64,000 nucleotides of DNA from Blasia pusilla (Eukaryota). Position numbers and translations under genes: made by a program. The notes under the pieces are model-generated. The model made no database searches, had not been told where the DNA came from, and saw only the letters and a program-made list of their open reading frames with translations. The stretch lies in the NCBI GenBank assembly GCA_050084515.1, contig CM114271.1, positions 19,654,001 through 19,718,000 on the forward strand, given 5' to 3'. How positions within the stretch are numbered: the stretch's first letter is position 1; every line of letters begins with the position of its first letter. Positions 14,642-25,950 of this stretch are shown here, in pieces.

Positions 14642-15270
14642 TGTCATGACTCTCAGGATAGATCGGTGGGATCTAGCATAACGTCTACACGAGTAGTGGA
14701 GGACATGCCCAAGAGGTCTAGGATGACCTTTTGAGGCCCCGGGAAACCTAAGAGGGTAAGTTTCCCCTTTGTTTCGGCTCATTTGGAGCCATATTGAGGA
14801 ACTTACTATTTTAGGTAAGTACAATTTTGAGTAAATGATCGATTTTCTATTTTTGGTAAGTGTCCCTTGACCTCCTACATCAGGTTAAGAGCCAAGGAGG
14901 TGACTTGGGAGAATAGGTTACCATGGAGAGAGCTTGGGAGAGGGGAGGGGTATACCTCAAGGAGAGAGAGCTTGAGAGCTCATTCTCTCTTTGTTGAATC
15001 TCTTGGCATAAGGCGGCGGAGCTATGGTCCCTTGCCTTGTGAGTGTAACCCAAGCCTCTCATTAGGAGAGTGGATTTGGTTTGACATGAGAGAGAGTGCA
15101 CACCTTTGAGAGCTATGGTGTGAGATGCTGTAGAGAGAGATTGGATCTTACTTTATTGGAGATATTTTGGTACTTCTCGCCTCTGTGTATGGATGCCATG
15201 AGTTAACATGGGATCGTGTGTGTTCGATAACAACGATGTATGTTGTGTAGCGATGTGTATGCGCACGACA
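14642..15270 (+). mobile_element. Solo terminal repeat (A 14642-15154 + B 15155-15270) of the DNMT-Gypsy family, inserted in the CACTA subterminal region
   Basis: Starts TGTCA, ends GACA, flanked by CATT on both sides (14638-14641 and 15271-15274); homologous to 45771-46405 and, in reverse, 34142-34752. Confidence 0.9.
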
Positions 15271-15515
15271 CATTATTCCATGTCATCTAAGTGACGCGTC
15301 AGTCATGGCCTCATGACTACACCCTTGAGTCATATACTAACCTCCACCTAAGCTGACCATCCTAGTTAGCCTAGTCGCCAAAAAAATATGACTTGGATTT
15401 TATGTCTAAAGTAGTTTTCAGTCATTGTTAGTTGTGGTATGTAAAGTATGACTCATATGAGTCTTATAACCTAGTCATAAAACCAAGGATTTCATCTAGT
15501 GGCGGAACTCTGTAC

Positions 15516-16140
15516 CTTGGTCTGTCAACACCTCAGTTGGTGCGCCGTAATGACTCAACACTAGAACTAGGAAGGCATACGCTACTCCCTCACTTGCTTT
15601 GTCAAGCAATGCAACCAACTCTATCCACTTTGAGAAGTGCTCGACCATCACCAACACATATCGACCATACAACTTGGCCCAGATTCAATAATGGTGGCGA
15701 GGCATGCAGACTGACATTCAGTAGTTTGTTGCCTGATGCATGGTATGTGATCAAGTCTGAGCATTGTTCAATGCTCCGACTCCACAGTTGCATCCACTTC
15801 CGATCATGGGTTTAGGTTATAGATGGAGTTTGGATTTTGCAAGACCTTTGCCTTTAACGGAGTGTCATAGTCGATATGTGTTGGTGATGGTCGAGCACTT
15901 CTTGATCACACACCATGCATCAGGCAACAAACTACTGAATGTCAGTCTGCATGCCTCGCCACCATTACTGAATCTGGAGCAAGCTGTATGGTCAATATGT
16001 GTTGGTGATGGTCGAGCACTTCTCAAAGTGGATAGAGTTGGTTGCATTGCCTGACAAAGCAAGTGAGGGAGTAGCGTATGCCTTCCTAGTTCCAGTGTTG
16101 AGTCATTACGGCGCACCAACTGAGGTGTTGACAGAACAAG
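15516..16140. repeat. Inverted repeat with 240-bp arms (15516-15755 and 15901-16140) built from integrase sequence
   Basis: Arms are near-exact reverse complements; the same peptide appears in ORFs 15432+ and 15865-. Confidence 0.88.
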
Positions 16141-18329
16141 CTTTACTCCAAAATGACCCAACTCCTCGTGGGCATGATGCACCAAACGTGCACTCTACGA
16201 AGGATGAGGCACTACATGCACTCTACCATCCTCCCACACTTGCAACACATGTGTCCTCTCCCACCATAACCGTCTGGCCCGCTGTAGGATCCGATCTCGC
16301 CCTCTAGCATCCCACTGTGCTTGCGACGTTGCCAATACGCAAGTAATCCAAGACAACTCCATCGTCGTGAATATCTCAACCACCTCTCATCTCCTCACCG
16401 ACCTCTAGATCTAAGGACTCTCCATCAGATCTCACCATCAAAGTCTCAACAATCTAGCTCTCCATACCGAACAAGCCCAAATAGGTTGACGCATGCCATC
16501 TTGGCACCAACTCCTCATCACTCTCACCATGCCAACGAGCTCCAATCGCATCTTGCTGACTCAGGCATGAGTTACGGCTCAAACCATCTGTATCGTGGTT
16601 GAGTGTCCTATGTCTATGCACCACTTGGAAGTCATACTCTAGCAACAAAAGAGCCCACCTCGCAAGCTTCCCTGTAAGCTTGTCGGACTCCATCAACCAC
16701 TTGAGTGGCTGATGATCAGTAATGATGGTAAAGGGATTGCTAAATAGATAACATCTGAAATGTGCAACAACCCACACTGCAGCCAAGCACTCACACTCAT
16801 ACGAGCTATACTTTTCCTCTGCAACATTGTTCAAGTGACTAGCGTAAGTCACCACGAACTCTCTACCATCATAGTCATGCTGGGTGAGCACGGCTCCAAG
16901 CCCAACATGCTCTAATCGGTATGCAACTGGAAAGGACGCCCCCTGATCGGTCTCCTCAATATGGGCGCGGATGTCAATCTATCCTTGAGCATCTAAAATG
17001 CTCTCTCTTGCTCATCCTCCCTGTGCCACTCCTGATCCACCTTGGCCAGCAAGGTCAGCGGCTTCGCAATCGAGCTGAAATCCTTGACGTATTGTCGATA
17101 GAAGTTTGCCAATCCCATGAATACACGAACTCGACTCTTATTGTAGGGCATGGAATGCGTGAAATAGCCTCTACCTTTGTCTGCTGCACACCAAGGGCAC
17201 CTGGGTACATCGTATGACCCAAGTACTCAATCTGTTCGTAGAAGAACTTGCACTTGCCTAGATGTAGCTTCAGCCCATGTAAGTGCAATCGTCGAAACAC
17301 CTCCTCTAGATGTCGCTCATGCTCCTCAACCGTGGCGCTAAAGACTACGATGTCATCAATATAACATCTAGCAAAATCCAGACCTATCAAGATCCTATCC
17401 ATGACCCTCTGAAACTTAGTCGGGGCGTTCTTTAACCCAAATGGTAAGAACCGCCACTAGTACAAGCAATCCTTCCCGTGAGGATCGATGCCCCAAAATG
17501 TCCTCTTCTGTTTGTCCTCCAATCTGATAGGCAATTGATGGTATCCGGCTTGTAGATCTAACGAATTGAAGACCGTTGCATGCCCAATAGCATCAAAGAT
17601 TTCCTCAGGAGTGGGCATGGCATACCTATCGAACTTCATCTGCCGGTTGATAGGTCGATAATCTCCACACATTCGCCTATCCGTTCAGTTGCCATGCATA
17701 TCCTTCTTGGTGAGCATGATAGTGACAGATGCATACTCTCCATGCGACATCTCCACTAGTCCTGCTCCAACCAAGTCTTGGATCCTACTCTGAATCAGAG
17801 CCCTCTCCATGTCACTGTACGTGTAGGGTCGTCGGAAGATCGGCGTGTCACTCGACAACTCAATGCAGATCCCTGGACCCTTGAGCGTACCCAAATCATG
17901 CATACTAAATGTAAAATAGTTCCTATAACTCCTAAGGAACTGGTATATCTGGCGCCGCTCTCCTCTTGTCAACTTAGGGCCCATATCTGGCTCCTCAAGT
18001 CTCCATATGACTACGGTAGGACTCTCCGGCGTGGATATTGGTGGTTGCTATGGTGCAACCCCATCTCAGACAACAAAACTCGACTTCTCACGACAGTCAG
18101 CTGCAAAATCGGATCTCCATGTGCAATACCCAAAACCACGCTCGATGGTGTGGCTACCATCTCCTAGTGTAGCAAAACATCCCAAGAAGTCCAAGGGTGT
18201 CTCTCTGGATCACTCCTAGTGTGTTGATCTCCTCGGGTCTCATCCCCAGCCATTGCCTCAACCGTCTCGGTAGGGATGGGGCTCACCAACGCAACTTTTG
18301 TGATCTATCACATCCTCAAACGAGGTTAC

Positions 18330-19300
18330 TCAACTACTCCTAAGCTGAAAATCCATGTCAAGCAGTTCATGTCCATTGCCTGACCCAAGACATAATGTCG
18401 TGATGCCTCTGATAGTGACGGTACTGCCGTCACCTCTGTGGGGAATCCCATCGCTCGCTCTCGCTCATCGCCGTTGGGCTCCACCAACCTCTATACCTGG
18501 TCATCCCAAACCAAGCCAAGTCCGGGCTTCTTGAATGCATAGGAAGCGGGAAAACTCACCAATGTGGAAAAGGGTGTTCGTGGCATGCCAATCATGTTGA
18601 CCATAGTCAATGGCAGTCGATCATCGTGCCTCACTGCCTATGATCGACGGCCCAGATCCAATATAGAATCCACTAACAAATCGGAGGGACGCTCCACTCT
18701 CGCATAAGCTGTCCGCAACATCTCATGTGGTACCAAGTTGGTCCACCAAAGACGCGGATGGTGTGCTCTAGAACCTACACTCGCCCCATCTAACAAAACT
18801 GCTGGGCCGATCCATGCGCGCACCAGATTGTGCACTCATCACCACGCGAGACCTTGAATCGCCCAAAATCGGCACATTCTCCAAAATGTATGTTGGAGAA
18901 CGAGGCTAATGCTCTTGTCAATGTCGCAAGATCCACATCATCTCCCAAAACAATGTGGACTGAGTGCCAGCTAACCTGCTACCTCGTCCAACACTCGATT
19001 GGCCCTGCCACGGCCAACCAGCAATGACCAAGTCTATGGTCCCTACCCGCTCCAAGTCCTGCGCCCCCAACAATGAAATGTCCCTTGGTAGGGAACTCTG
19101 GCAACCCTGAATGGCGGACGCAGAAAAAAAGTCGGGAAAACTGAAGGTGTACTTGCGCCATATGGTGAATTGAAGCGCGCCTTGCAACATCATCAATCTC
19201 CACATACACGTACTACTACACGCGCACTCCAGCGTACAAAAAAATAGTTAACCCAATGCTGATCCCTCCAAAGAGATCCAACACTCGAATACCCTCCTCT
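18330..19300 (-). pseudogene. C5 cytosine DNA methyltransferase domain (DNMT3-like) inside the Gypsy pol region; full motif set but degenerate
   Basis: Hand translation: I IRVLDLFGGISIG; II YVEIDDVARR; III PRDI; IV IDLVIAGWP(W)QG; LFWEMM; VI YILENV (18873-18890); VIII SRAHHPRLWWTNL; IX ERERAMGFP; X RHYVLGQAMD. Contains stops and 2 frameshifts. Confidence 0.92.
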
Positions 19301-22297
19301 AGGATTCACCACACAATCGAGGTGGTGTCCAAAGGGGTCATAGTAGCACTCCTGCCTGCGTGGGTTTCTTCTGACCCATCACACTCTAGTGCAAACGTCT
19401 TGCTCCACGGGGTCTGGACATGCTTAGTGGCTAAGCGTCGAAGCTCCTCAGTCGAGATCCAAAGCGACACCTCTCCTCCACGAATTGATGCGGCTACCAT
19501 GACACTCTTCTCCATAGAAATTTCAAGAATGGGAGTATCCTCTACATGGACATGTCCCTAAATCAAATCACTAGGCCAAGTGATGGCATTGCTAAATGCT
19601 GCTAAGGTCGCCATCTCTCTTGGCCGTCGCTCAATCACTCCACATGTGAATCAAACGGGTAATGAGCTAAGGCGCTCATCATCTGACTGCCATCTTGGTC
19701 TATAGGAAATTGACTCCTCCCAATAATCTAGGTAAAACCCCATTGGGTATAACACTGTTCCACCAACCAAGACGTCGTAGGACTCTGTATCAGTCACTAT
19801 CGCCTTGGCTCGCACCACGAACGCATCTGTAGGATGGCCTGGGCGAATCCTCATGACGACCTCTTGTCGGGTGATATACTATGTGATACTCGCTCCACCC
19901 AAGGATGTATGTATCCAAAATGGACAACGCTCCATATCGGCTCTCGTCAAGCCCAATCCTCTAAATGACGCTTTCCCCAACATCAAGGGTTGCGCTTCTA
20001 AATCCAACAAGACGCGGTGCGGACTAAAAGCTCTACCTCTGGAACTCACCAATTGGAAGACATCTCCCCAGTTATCCAACAACACAACACCAGGAGAAGC
20101 CATGGCACGCTCTATCGCGGATCTAGCGGGCATCTCCGCCATCCTAGCAGCCGCAACGTGCCATGAATCTGACGTGGACGGCCCAAGCATAAGCTCCAAG
20201 GGCAAGTCCATCACCTCCTCTACCTCAGGAGAAGTGCACCTTTGAATGTGATGCAGGAACTCCAACTCCACGCTCACACAGCGTAGCGGCCAACCAGAAC
20301 ACCTCGGCGGGCGTACTCCCACTGTCATAACATCAAAAGCAAAAAATAGCGGAGCATGGTACACCATCGTGGCCGTCCCCAACATCATACTCGACACATG
20401 CTCCTCCTGAGCATCAATAATAGGAGTCATCACACTCGTTTCTCCCATTGCCTTCCGTGCCTGCATACCAATAGCATCACCAAATCTCCGGGAACTCTGA
20501 TCAGGATCCATCAATGGGGTCCTCAACAGTTGATCAACCGTTGATCATCCGGCACAAGCGAGTGTAAGCATCATGCAAACTCTCACCTGGGCATCTCTGG
20601 AAGTCATGGATGCTCCACAACTTCTCTGTCCGTACCCCTTGGTAGTTCGCCCTCAACTTAGCAAAGAACTCAACCATGGGGTTGAACTTGGGATGTACCC
20701 TACTAGACGGTGCAACTGCTGCAGTGCGAGTGACCCCTCCTAAAACATCACTAGTGGAAGAGGAAGTAGCCTCTCCTGACTCCTCCTCCTCATCTAGGAA
20801 CGGCTCCGTCCATGACACATAGTGTGGGTCATAGTAGAGTTGCCATGCCTCAATCTCTTGGGCATATCTGTGCGAGAACTCATGGTAATCGTCCATGGGC
20901 GCCCCCTCTAAATGCTGGAACATACCATTCCATGTTGTAAACGGGTTGAACTCTCTAGAGTTCTTAGCCCGCTTTGAATCACACCAACTCCTAAACTCCG
21001 CAATGAAGTCGTGTAGCTCTATAGTGCCTAAAACACCCGAAAACCTATGCGGTCCTCTACCCGGGTCGTCCATCTCGTACGCCCAACTGGTAGGACCACT
21101 CAATGTGTACGGTGGATCACTAACACACTCCTCTACATGCTCCCCCTCATCTAGAGATGACACAGAAGGAGATCGAGGTGGTCTCTCACATGGAGACCCT
21201 TGAAACCTTGCACCACTCCGGGTAAACCCTCCAAAGTTACTCTCAGGTCCACTACCTTGCCTCTCAAAATCCCAAAAGGACGCCGTGATGGCCCTTGTGC
21301 CCCTCTCACACGATCACTCTCAATCTCGCAAGTATTCCCTCAATCACTAAAACTAAACATGCGGCACTCAATCTACACTCTCTCACTCAGATGTGTGTTG
21401 TGCGGAAACAAGCGGCACGGTCCGGGAAATCAAACCTCCTCGATGTGCGGTGCAGGTCCAGCGGTCCGGTGCGGCAATGGCGGCACGGAACGTCTACAAA
21501 TAGCACGGCACTCGGGAATGGGGTGTGGGACTCAGTGGCATACCCTCCTCAATCAGAAATTCACACGCTCTACTCCTTAGTGAAGGAGCGACTCCGCGAT
21601 CGAGACGGTGCTGTACGGCCACAAGCCGCATGGCACGACAATCGGCGGCGCGTTGCGGCTACAGGCGGCTACGGGCATCACGGCACAGTACTTGATCGTC
21701 ATCGAGCGGCTACCAATCACAACATAGCAACATGCAATGAAAACTCAAACGCCATAATCCGAGGTCACATTCTCTCTTTGTAAATCAAGATCCAATCTCT
21801 CTCAACTCCATAACTCTGAAATGTGTGCATTCTCACATGTCTCTCTGAATGTCAAACCAAACCCACTCTCCTAATGAGAGGCTTGGGTTACACACACAAG
21901 GCAAGCAAGACCATAGCTTAGTCGTATCATGCCAAGAGGTTTCAACAAAGAGAGAATGAGCTCTCAAGCTCTCTCTCCTTGAGATATATCCCTCCCCTCT
22001 CCCAAGCTCTCTCCATGGTAACCTATGCTCCCAAGTCACCTTGTTGGCTCTTGACCTGATGTAGGAGGTCAAGGGCCTTTTACCAAAAATAAAAATTTGA
22101 TCATATACTCAAAATGGCACTTACCTAAAATAGTAAGTTTCTCAATATGGCTCCAAATGAGCCGAAACGAAGGGGAAACCTGCTCTCTTAGGTTTCTCGG
22201 GGCCTGAACACGTCATCCTGGACCTCTTGAGCCTCTCCTCCACTACTCGTGAAGGCGCTCTACTAGATCTCACCGATCTATCCAAAAAGACATGACA

Positions 22298-22529
22298 TAG
22301 GTAATCCAAATGGGAGTCATCCATTTTAAGTCCCAACCATTTAAAACTCTTGACTAGACGTCACAAATATTTTCATGACTCAATGTACCTTCTATGACTA
22401 AATGAATGACTCTCTAAGAATCAAAAGGAATAGCAATGACTCCAAGAGTCAAAGTTATGATCATCTAGTCATGAAACGCTTACGAGTCGTTAGCTCTTGA
22501 GTCATAAAATTGGGTATTTCCTTCTAGTG
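22298..22529 (+). mobile_element. Right end of a second CACTA element (subterminal repeats and terminus)
   Basis: ATGACT/AGTCAT motifs, ending gtcataaaattgggtatttccttcTAGTG, paralleling the terminus at 15501. Confidence 0.75.
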
Positions 22530-25166
22530 ATATTGGCCGAAAATGAGTGTACGGGGAGTTGGATTGAGGGCCAAAAAGAGGGGCCCCATTGTCTTTTCTC
22601 CAAAGTTAGGGGGATGGAAGAGATCCCCAAAAGTACTAGTAAGGGGAAGTATCTCCAAGTATGCTTGGGACTCAAACCCCGCCTTGGAGCGCCATAGGGC
22701 AGCTCAAGGGCACGGAATGAAGTGAGAGTTTGGTGGTGGGACTCGGAACCCAAACCTGGTCCAAGGGAGTGGATTTTGAAAGCCAAACTTGGATTCCAAC
22801 CCGTGACTCATTTACGTGAGTCTCGATTAGGGACTCATTCGAGGTCCATTGAACAATTGGGACCGCCATGTGTGCAAACGCCGTTTGAGGTCTCTGGACT
22901 AACCAAAAAGTATGTCCCAAGTCTTGAGAGACTTGCCTATGTTGTAAAGCAAGAAACTAGGAAGGTTGAGCTTGATGAGAGGCCAAGTCGAGAGCTCGGT
23001 GAGTTGGAACGCTTATTGATCCAGACCCGACTAACGTGAGTGTATGTTTCGGTGTAGATCAGTAGTGAGAGCTTGTCCTATAGAATGCACGCTTCCGCAA
23101 CACTAAAGATTGACCTTGAAGGAGAGTAGGCATATGACATGTGGTATGAGAGCTAATCCTTGGTGAGTGTGAACTTGGGTTTGTGGGAGATTTGGATGTT
23201 TGAGAAGAACTCAAGGTAGCAAGGAGACCTAGACACTCGGGGAGGAACGCAAGAAACAAGGAGGAGATTTGAGTAGGCGAGGACTCGAGAATGACGACCA
23301 AGGGCGAAGAACCAAGGAAGCTATGAGTCAAGAAATTTTTTTTTGAGAGACATACCAATGACTAACCGCAAGTCACAGGAGGAGATAGCGACTCCCAAAG
23401 CTCCGAGCCCTAGACATGAGGATGTCCTAGACATAAATCTTTCCACAGGGCCTTTGGTTCCAAACTCAAATGACCCGGCCCTCTATGTCTAGATGATGGA
23501 CTTGATGAAGTTGATGACTGAGCAAATGACCCAACAGAGTAAGCGGATTGTTGAGCTTGAGTTAGACAAAGCTTCTAGTTTCAGCAAGAAGCTTTGTAAG
23601 GCAAATCTGCATACGCCATTCACAAGAATGGGACGGTCTCGAAAAGTGAACGAGTCCTGACGGAGCCGGAACTTTACTTCAGGGCGTGAAGGGCAAAGGA
23701 GCAAGACAAGATGACCATGGCGGTCACGTTCCTTAAGAATCACGCACTCCAGTAGTGGATGACTCATCGCAACAACCATCTAGGCCGTGGAATAGCTTTG
23801 GGTTGGGAGGAGTTCTTGGCGACCAATTCACTCCGGAGTACCAGGAGTTTTGTGATGGTGTGGAGTTTGTATGGTTGCAACAAAGTGGATCCCTTAGCGC
23901 TTATGTGCTAGAGTTCAATGCAATAATGAACTCGATCCCAAAGATGGATATAGGAGTTTGCAAAGAGGGTCATCTTCTTAAGTAGACTTAAGCCAAGCGC
24001 AAAGAAGGCCCTCTTCCGGATGCTTGAGCTACCAAAGACTTCTATCAAACTTTTGAAGCTGGCGGAGCGGATAGGGGACGATGAAGTTCAAGTCCAAAGA
24101 CCCTTTAAGTAAAAAAGTTTTTTGTGGTTTCCGAAAAAGCAAGGGGGCGTCCAAGAGGGTTTGGAGTGGGGTGGGCGCAACCATGGAGGGTCTCTTATCC
24201 CAGCATCAAAATGAGTGGAACTCAACACAAAGCCAAAAGGGGCGCCGTACCCAAAGTCAATGAACACCAAAGTGATTTGCTACAATTGTGGTGAACTCGG
24301 GCACAAGGCTAAGCAATGCTCAAAGCCCAAGTTTAGTAATCCCAAGGTTAGTAATCCAAGGCCAATTAGTATGATTGCGTTTGCTGCTAAACACTTATTG
24401 GTGGGAGGTCTAGAGACATCTCTCCAAGTCACCAAGAGGACGCCCACTTTGGTTTACATAAGATCCAAGATCAATGATTACGATGTGATGTTGCTGGTTG
24501 ATACAGGTGCTTCACACTCCTTGAGCACGAGAATCGTGAAGGCGTTGGGGTTTTTGACCTCTAAGGCGGACGAACCCATTAGGGTGTGTTCCGCGGGAGG
24601 CAAGGCCCACAAGACCTCAGAGTTGGTTTTAGGGCTAACTGCAGGATTCGGAGTATTCGAGTTGAAGGAGAACTTCACGGTGTGCGATAGAGACAGAATC
24701 GCTGGACTCTTGAGGAACACGTTCTTAGAGGCATACGAGGTGGAACTGAGTTGAAGACCTTTGACGTTGAGAATCTTGGTAAAAGGCAACCAGTTGTAGG
24801 TCAGGTTGGTTCGTGAGGTTCCTATGAAGATAGAGTTGGTGAATGCCATTAGGAGGACGAGTTTGACCAAGTTAGAGGATGGATTTCTTATCTGGATGTT
24901 TGAGACAAGTAGAGGACGATGAGATGCAGAGATCAGGATTCAACTTGAAGGGGAATCCTTGAAACACTCAAGAGAGTAGTGAAGGAATTTAGTGATGTCT
25001 TGACGAAGGAGCTTCCGATTGAGTTGCCACCACATAAGGCAGTCAATCATAAGATAGAGGTGATATGAGGGTCTCAACCGCTTTCAAAGGCGCCATACAA
25101 GTTGAATCAAGAGGAACTTGTGGAGTTGAAGAAACAGTTAGGTGAACTCCTAGAAAGGGGTTACAA
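22530..25166 (+). mobile_element. Truncated chromovirus-type Ty3/Gypsy element: partial 5' LTR, PBS, gag, protease, start of RT
   Basis: LTR ends GACA at 23139; PBS tggtatgagagc at 23142-23153 (tRNA-iMet type); zinc knuckle CYNCGELGHKAKQC; protease LVDTGASHS; KAPYKLNQEELVELKKQLGELLERG. Confidence 0.88.
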
Positions 25167-25169
25167 GAG

Positions 25170-25950
25170 TTCATTGTGTAGCTCATAGGACTAATCTCGC
25201 TTCACTTGCAACAAAAAAAATTCTTCATGTGAGGAGTTTAGTGATGAGGTGGATCGTGTTTTCAATTTAATTGCAAATTATTATAGGAAGAGCACCAACC
25301 GGAAGTCATCATTTTCTTTTTTGCAAGTGGAATTAAATAATGCCAAAAAGAGCATGAAATGATACCTGAAGGCTAGGTGGCTTAGTAGATGACAAGTTGT
25401 TACTACTATGTGTGAAAATTTAGAATATGTATTAGTTTATCTCCAAGGTTTTAATCCTAGAGATGATGATGGGGTTAAAGTTGAAGTTCTTTAAGATGAT
25501 ATACTCCATTCGATTCCTTAAGCTTTTCTGATGATGTCTATGATGAGTAAAATATTTCAGCTAAAATATGTAGATATTTTGTGTCTTGCTTCTATTGTTA
25601 ACATTCAGATTGCCCATATTTGGATTAATTAAATTCATGAAAGTGTAGATATGAACAGACAATTGTTACCCTCCTCAAACGCAGATTATATTCTCGTGAA
25701 GTATCGGCATGTTGATGGGTATGCGAAATTTTTACAATTTGAAACCAAAGGTTCGCTATTCCATTCCATTCAAATGGAGAGAGCCAAAACATGTAAAGAT
25801 CTCAAGATCGAAAGCTATAAGCTTTCAAAGTAATTTTTCTCAAGCACCTTATGTAGCATTGTATGAAAGATTTGAAGACAATTTTTTGGTCGAAGGATTA
25901 ATGATTCTCAATCCATCTAACTTATCCATATGTCCTACACAAGTGTTTTA
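25170..25950 (+). pseudogene. Decayed hAT-type (ZNF862-like) transposase fragment
   Basis: VHCVAHRTNL at about 25170-25200 and ARWLSR at about 25371-25390; many stops. Confidence 0.6.

Larger units (their letters stand above)
1..15501 (+). mobile_element. CACTA/EnSpm DNA transposon; left end not seen, right terminus at 15501
   Basis: Carries TnpD and TnpA-like coding remnants; dense TAGTCAT/ATGACTA subterminal repeats at 14150-15480; ends ...ggatttcatcTAGTG (reverse complement CACTAGATGAAATCC). Inclusion of 1-5200 in the element is inferred. Confidence 0.8.
15502..22297 (-). mobile_element. DNMT-carrying Ty3/Gypsy-type retrotransposon copy 1: A1-gag-PR-DNMT-RT-RH-INT, 3' part cut off by the CACTA end
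   Basis: A repeat 21781-22297 starting TGTCA; gag 20534-21163; protease VLLDLEAQPLMLG near 20000; RT CYIDD near 17355; RNase H TDHQPL near 16710; integrase fragments 15502-16400. Confidence 0.92.

Noticed and set aside
18330-19300. Host DRM/DNMT3 gene or bacterial restriction-modification methylase contamination
   Set aside because: The domain is intronless, collinear within pol between protease and RT, and present at the same position in three retroelement copies.
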